A stretch of DNA of 62,692 bases, counting the filler, from Rhabdomonas costata (lineage: Eukaryota): the NCBI GenBank assembly GCA_019059605.1. It is 44 parts of 44 records of this genome, joined end to end, with 100 filler letters (N's around TTAATTAATTAA, not from the genome) between each part and the next. Parts side by side here need not be neighbours in the genome. Positions count along the whole stretch, not along the records: positions 34,248 to 35,575 come from JAHMHO010019264.1; positions 35,676 to 37,002 come from JAHMHO010019265.1; positions 37,103 to 38,429 come from JAHMHO010019266.1; positions 38,530 to 39,857 come from JAHMHO010019267.1; positions 39,958 to 41,285 come from JAHMHO010019268.1; positions 41,386 to 42,712 come from JAHMHO010019269.1; positions 42,813 to 44,139 come from JAHMHO010019270.1; positions 44,240 to 45,566 come from JAHMHO010019271.1; 36 more parts are not named here. One strand, 5' to 3'. The translations under genes were made by a program, and so were the position numbers. A model generated the notes under the pieces. That model was not told where the DNA came from. It made no database searches and was given only the letters and a program-made list of their open reading frames with translations. Shown piece after piece: positions 35,443-47,862 of the stretch. Positions within the stretch are counted from its first letter, which is position 1. Each line of letters starts with the position of its first letter.

Positions 35443-38400
35443 CTGTGCACATGAATTCAAAAAGGGGGCAGCCCGGCACTGAGATTATTGCCACTTCAGA
35501 ATGAAACCAAAATATAAAGTATCCTAATAGTGAATGAATATTGAAAAGAACCTTACACCGCACACACGACTGTCTNNNNNNNNNNNNNNNNNNNNNNNNN
35601 NNNNNNNNNNNNNNNNNNNTTAATTAATTAANNNNNNNNNNNNNNNNNNNNNNNNNNNNNNNNNNNNNNNNNNNNTTGTTGTGGTTAAAAAAAAGCAAGA
35701 GTGCTGTGCGGATGCTGGTACTGTCACCTTAGCCTCCCCTCCCCCGGTCCCAACAAACACCCACGCACACGGCTGTGTGGTTCCCCGCAGCCATGGTCCC
35801 TTTGGCTGAGTCATGGCAGGCACTGACCCACAGCTCCCAACACACACACCCGTCCCCTTCCTTTTTTCCCCGAGTGAGAGAGTATGGCGGATATTCTTCT
35901 CCTTCTTCTTTTGGCCCGTCGCAGCGCACGGGCCCCCCACCGGTGACTCCTTGTTTCCTGTGCTTTGTGTGTGTATCCGCAAAACGCCAAGCACACAGAC
36001 ATACACTCACTCAACGAACATAACCTTTCCCAAAACGGTTCTTTTGGTATGGACCCTCCCCCATCTCCATCTCCAAGTTCCGGTGCGGGTGCGGGTCACT
36101 TGCTCCGAACTGGCGGGGAGGAGATCGTGGGGAGCGACCCGAGCATGTGGTTTTCTCACAGACACATACGCACATGCACCCCACGCGCGAACCGCCAACA
36201 CAAAGCAGCAAACAAACCGACCTCTGAACGCACACACACGCACACGAAGGGAAGCGATTCCTTCTATTTTGCGTTTAGGTGTCCCCCGTCCCTCCCCGTT
36301 CAAACGGCCGCAGCGGAAAGGAGGTGTGAGGCAGGTAGGGGTTGGGCATTGCCGAGAACATGAGAGTATAGATGAGGTGGGCGGGTGATTGAATTGGGTA
36401 AATGAGGGGTGAGCCCTCACAGTATACAGTATATCCTGTTGGTATGTGGGTTTGGGAGAGGGAGAGGGAAGGAGTGTGCTCCGGCGAGTTTTGCGATGGG
36501 GTCTGCAGCATTCGGAGGAGCGGTGGCTACTCGGTGGCCACTTCCACGCTTCCCAGAGGCTTTGCCCGTACCCCGTTTCTTACTCATTTGTGCTAGTGCT
36601 CCGCTTCGGCTGAGACCGGTTGTGGTTGTGTGTGTGTGGCTTTTTCACTATGAGGTGGTGTAGGGGGATCGGCGAGCCCCTGCAGGGCCCAGCATTGTGT
36701 CCACCCCATTGCTATTGGGACTAGAGAAAGACACACACACACACAAGAGAGAGAGAGAGAAAGAGAGAGAATACGCACATGCAGGCACACCTACACACAT
36801 ACCTACGCTAACGCAGTGGGATGTGCCCTTCAGCGCTCTCTTTCTGGATTCGTTCCGTTCACCCCCCGAGACCGTGGGTACCGCTGAGGGCCCTTTGCAC
36901 ACCTCTCTGTGCTGTTTTGCCTCCGCCCTTGCCTTCCGTTGGGTATATTTTGCTGTATTCACAGCTCTCCCCTCCCCGACCGCCCTCTCTCTCACACTTT
37001 TCNNNNNNNNNNNNNNNNNNNNNNNNNNNNNNNNNNNNNNNNNNNNTTAATTAATTAANNNNNNNNNNNNNNNNNNNNNNNNNNNNNNNNNNNNNNNNNN
37101 NNGTTTGTTGGGAGCAGGATTGGGGTGTTTTCCTGAATAGAAATTGAAATTGTAAGAATGAGCTGGAGTCGAAAGTAAAGAGACTACAAGTTGCATACGG
37201 GAGAAGTAGAAATGAATGGAATCAGAAAATTCTGAATTGGGTTGTTGGCGTCTATTTTGTGTATATATATATTGGGATGTCTGTTGACGCCCGAGTTATG
37301 TTGTGTTGTTAAGTTGTATTTGATTGCTTGGGTGGACAGCGCGGATGCTTAAACGACATCTTGGGGGAGTGTTCATCTCGTCCGTTTTGCTTGCCTATCG
37401 GTTTCTGCGCATCAGAGCTCTCCTTTGTTGCTGCCTTTGGGCTTGCCTCTTGGGCTCTGGCGTCCTAAGTTTTTGTAGTTTTTGTAGTTGGGAGGGGTGG
37501 CAGACGGTGCCGTTGACCCCTCTGCCCTTCGGCACGCTTGGCCACCTGAGGGTAGATTTGGCTCGGATCGACTCGAATGAATTCAGCACATGGTGCGGGG
37601 GAAGCGGCTGCGGGGCCCGTGGTGTTGTACACCGTCCCAGAGCTTGAGCCCGAGCCTCCAGATGGTGGTGCCCCTGCACCTGCAGCGGCTGCTGTCGAGG
37701 TTGCAATGCCTCCCGAATTCCCCACGATCCATTTCTGACGCGTTTTCGCTCTTTGGCGGTTGGTGTAATGGGAACCACCTTCTGAAAATTATTGAAGCGT
37801 GAGGGGATTTTGGGATCCCAACTGCAGTTGAATCCAGTTTTTACCGTCCGTTTACCGCCGGTAATGTATGATTTCCGAGTGCTGTGTGTGTGACGGCTTT
37901 TGCCGCCGACGTCCGCTTTGCAGCAGAGTTAAGGTGTCATATACTCCCTATATCAACCACCACAACCGAAATGCCGTGGGGTCACGGCTGCTCTCGTTCT
38001 TTTATGGAATTGAATTTGACCCTGAAAAGTCAGTGAGGCATCATAAAAAATTAATCTTATAAAAAGCAAAGTGAACTCTGCTTCGAACGTGCAAGAGGCT
38101 ATTTTGCCGCAGTATATTCACACGTGAGATTTTGCTCACTATTACCAATCCTTTCTGTCGGATCTGGGTTCGCAGAGGGTATGCTTTTGTTCAGGCTAGA
38201 TCTGCGGAATAAGATCAATCTGACGTGGTAGTTTCGAATGCGCATGTTTCTAGACGTGCAGTTTTCATACATTAACTGCAGTGAGCGCCATACCGCAGAG
38301 CTGCACAGCTGTGGTCTGCCATGAACCCTATTTCTGAGCTGGCCTTTCCGGGCAATGCACCCATTGTCTGCTGGTTTGGTTGTTGGGAACTTGTTCAGGG

Positions 38401-38969
38401 ACTCAGCGTGGTGGAAGTTCCCAACAAACNNNNNNNNNNNNNNNNNNNNNNNNNNNNNNNNNNNNNNNNNNNNTTAATTAATTAANNNNNNNNNNNNNNN
38501 NNNNNNNNNNNNNNNNNNNNNNNNNNNNNCTCGAAACTCAGGTGTTACGAGTTTCCAATGGAAGTCATGGGAAGCTATACAATGCCGTTAGGCGGATGTA
38601 TGCATACGAGATGTTTCAGACTTTCTGATGATACTGAAGCTCAAAAGCAAGGCTGTTAGATCTGTTGCGAGCGAATCTCAAATACGTTAATACAGAAGTG
38701 CCACTCAAAGGCACTTCGACAATTACATTTCAGACCGCCAGCTTGGACCATGTCAGAACGATCACTCAGCCATTGCAGCAAATGTGCCCGGGACGACACC
38801 GAAAGTAACTCGTCGTCCGCACTCCCTTCAGCATTGTGTCAGGCGTTGCTCCGCGCTTCCCCGCTTTTTTAAAGTCCCCGTTTTTTGTGTGAGGACTGAG
38901 TCGCGCGTCTTTTCTCGTTTCCATTATTTTTGCTCCTCCGGTAGCGATACCCAAGAGCCCTTCCCATCA

Positions 38970-39857
38970 ATGTGGCACTGGAACAACCCCACCGACGGCC
39001 TGTGGTACCTGTACAGCGGAGAGACCCAGGCCCAGCTTTCGCAGGCGGTGCAACACGGGGTGAGGCTAGTTGGAGTTGTGGTGGACGGGATGACCGCCAC
39101 CGTGGACTTGGTGAATCTTCGGCAAACTCTCTACGGAAACGGGCATCACCCGAGGGAGGAGGGCGCAATCCGCTACGTCGCGGGTCTTGAGTGTGTGTGT
39201 TTCGTGTCGTAGTTGAGGTAGCGGACGTAAATTTTCCCCTTCTACCGAACCTGCGTTTTTGTGGTTCCAATCTGGTGTGTTTACTATTTTCCACTTTCTT
39301 ATTACATGGACCCTGTGAACTCTTGCACGTTTCTCCACGACGACGTTCAGGTTGGCCTATACTGGACTGGACTGGACTGGAGTGAACTTGCTGAATTCCT
39401 ATCATTGGCCTGAGAAAGTGACTTGACGTGAACCATGAGCAACGACAGGACGAGGGTTTTCCAACTGCATGCCTTGGCTGTTGCCCCATATGTCCTCGGG
39501 GAACGCTTTGATGACGACGATTCAGCACATAGGCCTTTGGGCGAGCCGCGGTGGAATGGTGGTGCACTTCCGATTGTGGCGCATGGCTCCCCGCTTTTCA
39601 CGATTGCTGGTAATGAAGAGAGAACCAACACCCAATGGAGTGTGGGTGGCCTGTGACGGGTATTGCAACAGAGAAACTCATCTCCGTGGGTGTGCCTGGG
39701 GGGCCGTTCTCGCGGGGCGGCGGGGCGTGTTGACGGCACTTTCATTTACTGCAGCGCCGCGGTCCTCGCGGTTTGACAACGCCTCGCGTCCGGACAGCGT
39801 TCCCGGTGCGGAGGACGGCTTCCTCCCCCCGGAAGCGGGAGAGTCTCACCCCCCACA
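38970..39857 (+). CDS. WWE-domain protein (partial)
   Basis: Exon ~38970-39183 reads MWHWNNPTDGLWYLYSGETQAQLSQAVQHG...ATVDLVNLRQT, the WWE pattern W.W.....W..Y.......A...G....DL..M.Q. The next in-phase exon starts at 39755. Confidence 0.75.
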
Positions 39858-39957
39858 NNNNNNNNNNNNNNNNNNNNNNNNNNNNNNNNNNNNNNNNNNN
39901 NTTAATTAATTAANNNNNNNNNNNNNNNNNNNNNNNNNNNNNNNNNNNNNNNNNNNN

Positions 39958-40152
39958 TACTGGGACCGGGCCCTGAAGTACTGAGCGAAGACGGACGACG
40001 GACTGCTCCATAGCGCCCTGGCGAACGAGATCTCCCCGTCCTGCTTCGTGATATTCCCTCTGGAGGTGATCCAAGAGACAAGTACAAGTGCTGCCTCCCA
40101 CGCGAGAACTACCGGGTCGGGCCTGAACAGCATGTGGCCCTGCGGCTTCAAG
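39958..40152 (+). pseudogene. Decayed GIY-YIG-like endonuclease fragment (possible Penelope-like element)
   Basis: LLHSALANEISPSCFVIFPLEVI, a frameshifted RENY.V and LNSMWPCGF resemble the GIY-YIG C-terminal half LH.A.....F...PLE....RE..W...LNS..P.G.N. There is an in-frame TGA at 39982. Confidence 0.5.
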
Positions 40153-40499
40153 CCGCCGTTCCGGGGCAGCCCGTCGCAGCCTGGGTGCCGAGGAAGTACC
40201 GCGTGCCAGAGCCAAACAGAGGAGAGCTAATCGACGTGGCCCTGGACCAGGTGGGACGCCAGGTCTCCACCTGGTTGAAGCAGCTCGAGACGCTCGGAGC
40301 GGACACTTTGAAGAGCCTGGGACAAGGTCAAGATCCGGGACCGGTTAAACGACGCCGCTGTGGCAAACCTGCTGAAAATCCTAACCCAAGCCCCAGGCCG
40401 CAGACGCGTAGGACTCGTTCAGCAGGGCACGCAGGTCCCAGCCCCCAACAGCCATGCGGGCAGGCTTGGGCCGCAGGCCACGCAGTCCTCCCAGTTAAG

Positions 40500-40895
40500 C
40501 TATGGCGCACGCACACTACCCTAGAAAAGCTCGTGCTCCCCAAGTCTACCACTGCGCTTTTCTTCACCAAACTGGAAATATCAAACTGTTTTTGGTCCAT
40601 TAAGGTTCCCTCTGCAGTGTGTGGCTCATTTGCATTTCAGTCCCCTGTCGGAAATCTCTCAACACGCCGCCTCCCGTTCGGTTGGTCATGGAGTCCACTT
40701 CTTGTGCACTCCACACAATTCACCCTTTCACCCCTTCACCTGCTCTTCCTCCTTTTTGGCAATACATTGACGCCAATTTGCTCGCGCACCCTGATCCACG
40801 TTCTCACATTCCACAAGCATTTTGCTGTCTTTCTGCTGGAGCAAGACGGGTTCTTACTGAACCAGAAGTGCAGTACCATTCCTGCAACTTCCATC
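40500..40895 (+). mobile_element. Degenerate reverse transcriptase of a DIRS/tyrosine-recombinase-type retrotransposon
   Basis: FFTKLEISNCFWSI...LPFGWSWSP, then after a frameshift WQYIDA (YxDD broken), then LLEQDGFLLNQKC. Confidence 0.8.
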
Positions 40896-41392
40896 AGTGA
40901 AAGACCCACATGCAAACGGCAAACAACAGAGTACTGTGTTCGTGCTGGTGCTGGTCGTCGAGTTCCTGAGCGTCAAGCCCGATGCGCTCGCGCCTGCTTA
41001 CATGGGTGTGGATTCGCTCTACCCGCCCTCCCCGAGCCTTCCCGCAAGAGACGTCACCAGGATGAGTGGACCTGGGATTCCTGGAGAGCTTGCAGCCCTC
41101 CTTCGCTGGCCGCCAGCGACGGAAGCCCGCTCTCCGCAAAGCTGTCAAGCTGTGAAGCTGTGTGAGTCCGACGCTCCCTATGTCAACGTCAACTTTAAGG
41201 ACAAGCAGAAGTTTTGGGATATGACTGGCATGATCTACAGCCAATTCGCAACCGGCAGATGGTTCGTCCCCAAGACCGTGAACAANNNNNNNNNNNNNNN
41301 NNNNNNNNNNNNNNNNNNNNNNNNNNNNNTTAATTAATTAANNNNNNNNNNNNNNNNNNNNNNNNNNNNNNNNNNNNNNNNNNNNTTTTGGT

Positions 41393-41536
41393 GCAAGAAA
41401 CCTTAAATAGAGGTGAAACAATGGTGCTAACGGAGCAAAGTTCCGGACCGCACACTCGGGTAGTACTGATCTCACGTGCACCGGAGGCCTTTCCTCCGTT
41501 AGCACCATTGTTTCACCTCTATTTAAGGTTTCTTGC
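41393..41536. repeat. Contig-terminal perfect inverted repeat (~43-bp stem)
   Basis: GCAAGAAACCTTAAATAGAGG...CTAACGGAG ... CTCCGTTAG...TTTCTTGC. Confidence 0.9.
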
Positions 41537-41896
41537 CCCAAAAGCTAAAAAAAAACGCAGGCATCCCTTTTGAAACTGGTCTGCACTGGTGGTTACTCGG
41601 GCAGGTTTTGATCCTTTACCATAATTATTCTGAAAATAACAAGAATTCCATGGTATTCAGGCTCGGCATACCGTACCGTACATGCATTGCTCTGTTCAAT
41701 GTTTTGACACCTCCAGCACGGAGTCGTCAAAGTGAGCTTTGACACGTTCACGCACACGCTTTGACGCTTTTTCTTCTCCTTCAAAGAGCTTCTGCTTCCG
41801 GGCCCTTTGCCTGCACTGGCGTGGGGCTGGTTTGCCTCCGACCTTGCATTGCCATGGCAACAGGCCGCGCACACCGCGAGCTTGTGGCTGCTTGTG

Positions 41897-42690
41897 ATGG
41901 CCTGCTTGTGGCAGGCTGCCGGCACCAAAGCAGACTTTGCGGAAACCGGGGGATCCTCCCGGGTCCTTGTCCTGGGCGCCGCCGTGGCCCCGTGGGCGCA
42001 GTTTCCGGGGATGTTCTCAACGTTTGTACATTCTGCACTGCGGCACCTCAGCTCTCGCACCGACGTGGTGCTGCTGGTGGGGAGAGCTGAGCTTCCCTCC
42101 GCACAGCGATGGAATGCGCCGCCCCCCCTTCCCGCTTGCCTGACTTTCTGATGCATTTAAGGGCCCATTTTTTGTATTGTTTTGGGGGGTGAGGAGAGGA
42201 ATGAGGAGAGGGGAGTTCCCATCAAGGCGATCAGCGGGGGTTTGTTCATGCTCTTTTCCAAAGCGGGGTTCACTCATCAAGCACCCAACCAACCTTATGT
42301 GCTTTGAGTCCTCCTCTAACAAGCCGCCGCCGCTGATCCTCGAGCAAGGGGTGCCATTCCAACGTACGAGTCTTGGTTGGTCGTTTCCTCTGCCTTGTGG
42401 GCAACAGGTTGGATTGCCTCCAAGCAACGCAGCGGCAGGCTGCCCCCATCGCCTCCCGCGGCCCTCCGCGGTTTCTGGTGGAGGATTTCGAGGCCTGGGC
42501 CACGAGCGGAGCGCGTGGTTTGCGGGGGTTTCCTGTGGCGGCGCGCCGGGTAGTGGCCTACCGCAGCTTTCTGGCGGTCCCCCAGCGTGCAGCAGAATAC
42601 GGCGCCGTGCTGCTCTCGGACACTCGGGACGTCTTGTTCCAAGCCGACCCATTCGTGCCCTTTACGGGGCAGCCCGAAGATGGTAGCCAC
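41897..42690 (+). CDS. GT-A-like glycosyltransferase-type protein (DxRDVxFQxDPF family), 2 exons
   Basis: VLVLGAAV...FSTFVHSALRH...DVVLL and RRVVAYRSFL...EYGAVLLSDTRDVLFQADPF. The start and the exact splice junction are uncertain. Confidence 0.7.
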
Positions 42691-43256
42691 ACCCCCCCAA
42701 ACACACCCACACNNNNNNNNNNNNNNNNNNNNNNNNNNNNNNNNNNNNNNNNNNNNTTAATTAATTAANNNNNNNNNNNNNNNNNNNNNNNNNNNNNNNN
42801 NNNNNNNNNNNNGTGGGTGTGTTTGGGTTGGGGTAGCGACTGGATTCGGATCGCGGCGTCCTCCTAAAGCATAAAAAAGAGAAAGAAAAGAATGAAAGAA
42901 AACAGAGAGACCAGAGAGACCAGAGAGACCAGGCATCCACACAACATGAGCATAATCCCATTGCAGCCCATGAGGAAAAGAGGACAGGGGACACGAGAAA
43001 ACGAAAAGCAGGTGGGACGCGATACGGCACTGAATGTCTCCCTACGTTTTAGAATAAAGCAACCACTCCGCACAGGGAAAATGTTGAGTGGGGATTGGGC
43101 AAGCGAGAAAAAGAATGATTGAATGAGTAAGAGATGAGTCCAAGAAAGAGAAGAGGAGGAGATTAGTGTAACCGTGCGTCTCCACCGATTTCCGTAGTAC
43201 GGCGCCCTCATTATGGTCCATCGCAGTCACACGAAATTCTGAATAACGCAGAGGAC

Positions 43257-43530
43257 CTCTTGGAGGTGCGCCATCCTTTGTAGCTTTTGTTCTTGCAGCG
43301 TAATCTTGGCACGCATCGTGGGCCACAGCGGGTGCAGTAGCAGCTGGTGCGGTAGAAAGAATGGAAGGAAGGAAGGAGAGGAAAGGAAAGGAGGAATAAG
43401 CCCATGCCATGTCATCGCGCTCCGCTGCTTGCTCCCAGCTGACTCCCATGCACCGGCGCTGGAAGTACCCTCGGAACCACTCCTGGATCCTAGCCGCGGC
43501 GGCGCCTTTTGGAGTCTCCGGCTCGGTGCG
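43257..43530 (-). CDS. IQ calmodulin-binding motif protein, 2 exons with a GC-AG intron
   Basis: Exon 43530-43408 reads AAARIQEWFRGYFQRR...DM|GCATGG. Exon 43343-43257 reads LLLHPLWPTMRAKITLQEQKLQRMAHLQE|GT. Confidence 0.65.
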
Positions 43531-44425
43531 CTGCGGGGGAACGAGGGGGAAGACATGGGGTCCGAGAGGATAGAGGATTCTCAATTGCCATCCACAACTC
43601 TGCGGATGCGCACCTGAAAACTACGACCGGAAAACGCCAAACCCCTTTCAGACACCCACATCGACTGAAACAGCTTTCGCAGTGGCTTCTAAAAGGCATC
43701 ACTACCGACAAGCACGTTTGGGTGCTTCGCGCTACTGCTCGACTTCACCAAACTTAGGCGACAACTTAACGAACACTCCGAATTAAACTGAGTCATCCAG
43801 GAAAAGCGAGTCAACATCGGGGTGGGGGGTGATGGACGAACCACAGAAGTGGAAAAAGAGTATATCACTTGGCTTTCGATTCCCCCCCCCCCCAAAGCAA
43901 TAGAAAACCGAGAAACTCAGCCACCAAGCTTTTTCGAAAGGACTTCTCAGCACAGCAAAACATAGTCTCACAGAGTGTCCCACACCGCGACCCCACCTCC
44001 CTTTGAGTGTGGGTCACTCCTCTTTTGGGTGAACCTTCCGTAGTCTTCCGAACCGGAGCCCTTCAAGGGCCGCAAGTGTGATCCCATTCAAAGGACCCTG
44101 CCTTCAAATTGCACACCCAGAACAGAGCGCACCACCACCNNNNNNNNNNNNNNNNNNNNNNNNNNNNNNNNNNNNNNNNNNNNTTAATTAATTAANNNNN
44201 NNNNNNNNNNNNNNNNNNNNNNNNNNNNNNNNNNNNNNNGGGGGGGTGGGGAGTCGAACTTTTTTCGAAGTTGATGCGAGCCATGAAATAAGACCGAGAC
44301 ATCAATTTTTTTTTGGTAAAAGTGGAGCAATTTCGAATCTCTTCGGGGTAATCTATCATAATAGGGAGAAAACAGAACGAGCCAGCAGAGGCACGGGATG
44401 AAATGAAAAAAGAAGCCGCAGAGAC

Positions 44426-44550
44426 TTTGCGAAATCTTTCCAGATCATCCCAAGGGCGCTCGGGTTTCGGGAGTCTCCGTAGGCCCGCGCCAGCAGGCCG
44501 TAAGTGCGGAGGTTGGGCTTGAGGTGCAGCCTGGCAATGTTCTTCCGCAG
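44426..44550 (-). CDS. PPR protein internal exon (absent from the ORF track)
   Basis: CAG|LRKNIARLHLKPNLRTYGLLARAYGDSRNPSALGMIWKDFA|GT, a typical KPN..TY..L..AY PPR motif. Confidence 0.7.
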
Positions 44551-45883
44551 CTGTGCGTGCGCACGCGCCAGGAGGTTGTGGTGAGCTCAGAGCGCAGCTG
44601 CTTTCTTCCTTTCGGACTTCAGGCTAGATCAGTTCAAATTGGCAGGCTGACAACTTTTTCATGAACAAAAGTTGTCACCCGTTAACTCAGAAACACGTTA
44701 ACCCGTTAACTCAGAAGTACGCTGTCTTATTTTTCTGCGCAACAATAGCAAAATCTACCCTTGCGACCAGCACGACCAACCGGCCAAAATATCCTGGCAT
44801 GCGGTGGGTTGCGCCATACAATATGACTGAATGCTAAGAAAGTCTACTTTGGAAGCAAAATGAAGGTCTTTATTCACTTACGGAGTGCATTACTCGACCT
44901 TACCATCGCTGCGCAGAAAACCGACTCCAGGTTGAAATGCGACACGTACGTTTTTGGTTTCGGAGTGTAACCATCCTTAATTCGAGTTTCCCATTTTTCA
45001 ACGAAATCTGGGCAAAGCATCGATTTTACGAAAGTCTTGCGCACACTTTTACAATGACAATCGCCTAACAGCACAGTTCAGCACGTTTAATATACCAAAT
45101 ACTTGCACTGTGCCCAGGCACTGCTAAACCAATCGCATTGCACTGGAAACAGGCGTTCCGCCAGGCGTATCGCCATCCCACGGAGTCGTTCGATCCAACG
45201 GCACCTCTCGCGAGCACGGGCCAATAGCGCGTGCTCGGCACAATTGTCGCCACAGTCAATCAGGCAACAGCCAGCGCACTACGCGCCCCGAAGCAGGGCA
45301 GCGAACGCTCCAAAGGAACCGTATCCAGTTCCCGTGGCTAACAGCAGTATGCAGGTCGGTCGAGAGCAGTCACCAACAGCACCAGTCATGCAAGAAACAG
45401 CGCGGGGTTCAGCCGACACACGCACAACACACACTAGTCGAAGCTGGGAGCATCCGTACCGAGCCCTAGAAGAATCGAGCCTCGGAGGAACACGCCCCCT
45501 CATGATCACGCCTCTTAGGCCATATCGCTATTCAGTATGTCCAATGGCACCCCCTACACCCAAACCNNNNNNNNNNNNNNNNNNNNNNNNNNNNNNNNNN
45601 NNNNNNNNNNTTAATTAATTAANNNNNNNNNNNNNNNNNNNNNNNNNNNNNNNNNNNNNNNNNNNNAGAGCCTCAGTAACGAAGCGAGGTTGCGTCCTAC
45701 ACCATTGCATTGTCACACGGCAGGCGTGTTTTGATGAATGTGAAGGACCGGGGACAGGACTGATTGCACTTGTGCCCTTTCAGGTCAGGTTTCTGAATAA
45801 CACTCCCTGTGTTTGAAGTATATCCTCGCAAGCAACACATCTTCGGAGATCAGCAGAATGCTTCTTTTTCTTCGTAATCTCAG

Positions 45884-46993
45884 GGCGACAGCTGGCGCTG
45901 AAGATCAGTGCAAACTCAGTGTACGGCTTCACTGGGGCCACTGTAGGAAAACTTCCATGCCTTGAGATCTCGTCCTCCGTGACGGGCTTTGGGCGGCAGA
46001 TGATCAACCGGACAAAGGAGCTGGTGTCCACGCCCTGCCTGCCTGATTTCCTCTTTTCCCGTCCATCGATTTTTCGCACGTTTCTTTCGGGTTCCTTCGC
46101 GGTTCGTCAGCTAGGAATGAGCTGTGAGGGGCAACGAACTCAAGAATACAAGTGACTGGCATTTCTTTGCTTTCCTCCTCCAGGTACTGAGCTCAATGTG
46201 TAATATACTAATGCACACTGTCCTTCGTTGTCCACGTCGCCTTTGCTTTTGCTTTTGATGCGTTCTTGCAGAGTCGTGTGTTCTTAATATTACCCATCCC
46301 AAACAAGTGCTTAGATTTCAATTTAACCCGACATAGCGTGCGGGCTCTTATGTGACGATGACCACCCGCTGGGCTTCTGCGCCTGTTGCGCTTTTTGTTC
46401 TTCCTTCTCAATCCATTTGCGATTTTGTGACCAGGTGGAGTCGATTTACTGCCAGAAGAACGGCCATCCTCACGATGCAGTGGTAATTTACGGGGACACG
46501 GACTCTGTCATGGTCAAGTTCGGATATCCTGACTTGGCATGCAGCACGCAGCAAGCAGCACACACAAAGAGAGACACGTGAAGAGCTATGTAGCCACTGA
46601 CGAAGCCGACAGCTCCATATCAGTCTATGTGCCGTGCCCATACACACCTGACCCTATTGGCACATCACCTCCACTGTGGAGAGGAGGATGCAGTATTCAC
46701 CAGTCGTCATATTGAGTAAAATACTCAATATGAATTCGCTCTAATTCTTAGCAATCAATCTTAATTCTTAGCAATCATCCGGTATGGGTTTGTGTTTTGG
46801 GCCACTGCTGATGCATGGACTTGGAATATTTTCCTGAAACAGAGTCGCTGGATATTGGGTTGCACAGAATATAGAGTTTAAAGTACAGGGTTAAATGAAC
46901 TCTGCGAAATGCGGCATGATGTGCCCCCACCCTACGGTTCGTTGTTGTTTTCATTCTGCATGCAGGAAACCTCAATGAAGATGGGCAAGGCCG
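45884..46993 (+). CDS. POLD1: DNA polymerase delta catalytic subunit, 3 exons
   Basis: Exons 45884-46023 ([40 protein letters not shown]), 46435-46536 ([22 protein letters not shown]) and 46966-46993. The second intron is GC-AG. Confidence 0.95.
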
Positions 46994-47589
46994 NNNNNNN
47001 NNNNNNNNNNNNNNNNNNNNNNNNNNNNNNNNNNNNNTTAATTAATTAANNNNNNNNNNNNNNNNNNNNNNNNNNNNNNNNNNNNNNNNNNNNGTGTTGG
47101 GTGTGTGTGGTGGGGTTGGGGGGGGAAAAGAAATGGCAAGAGATGTAAGATGCCCAAATTTAGCTTTTCATGTTGCTATGAAGCGAGATTAATATTCAGC
47201 CGTGAAGGTTGAGACACCTGGTACATGCCCAAAGAAGATGAGGATTAGAGCAGTAGATGAAAGTTAGCGTTCAGGTCACAGCTTTTTTGTTGGGAGGAAG
47301 GATTCACTGAATGAGACATGGAAGCGAAACGGTTCTACAGTGGCCGCGCACCAAACGCGGCGCACTAACCTCAAACGCACCGTCGCATTCCCGCCACCAT
47401 GATAGCTTCACCATTACGAGGCTGTGAAGACATAAGGCGCACGAAACTTTCTCGCTGTTCACCATATACAGAAACATTTGCTGTCGTTCCTTTTCCATTT
47501 GCTGGCACCTGTTGGTAATCATGGGTCCAGACTGGTTTCCTCCTCCTCTCACAAGGACACGTATGAGAGCTTTATGCACCCACGCACAC

Positions 47590-47862
47590 AGGTTCGAACC
47601 CCAGTGGCGTAGGGCCATCCCAGGAAAGGTTGACCCACAGCCCACCCGAGGAGGGCGGAGGGTCGCACAGCGCAACGCTCAGATGGAAGCACCCGGCCGT
47701 GGCCCTGGCCACGAAGTGGGCCGGATTGGTGTTGAACGACCAGATCGTGCCAGAGGTATCGACCTCGTACACCCGGGGGTCCACCGGAAGCACTTCTGCC
47801 CAGGCAGCATGCCGCCCCAGTGCGAGCCCCGCCGTAGCCACCCACCAAAATGCCACCCACAT
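47590..47862 (-). CDS. First exon of a probable secreted protein
   Basis: ATG starts a signal-peptide-like MWVAFWWVATAGLALGRHAAWA. The exon is 91 codons and ends at donor GTGTGC. Confidence 0.55.

Noticed and set aside
35676-37002. Many overlapping ORFs
   Set aside because: Explained by CA/GA microsatellite-rich, stop-poor non-coding DNA.
5714-41536. Terminal perfect hairpins as miRNA precursors, MITEs or hairpin telomeres
   Set aside because: All lie at contig ends with primer-like G/T substitutions, which fits amplification fold-back better.
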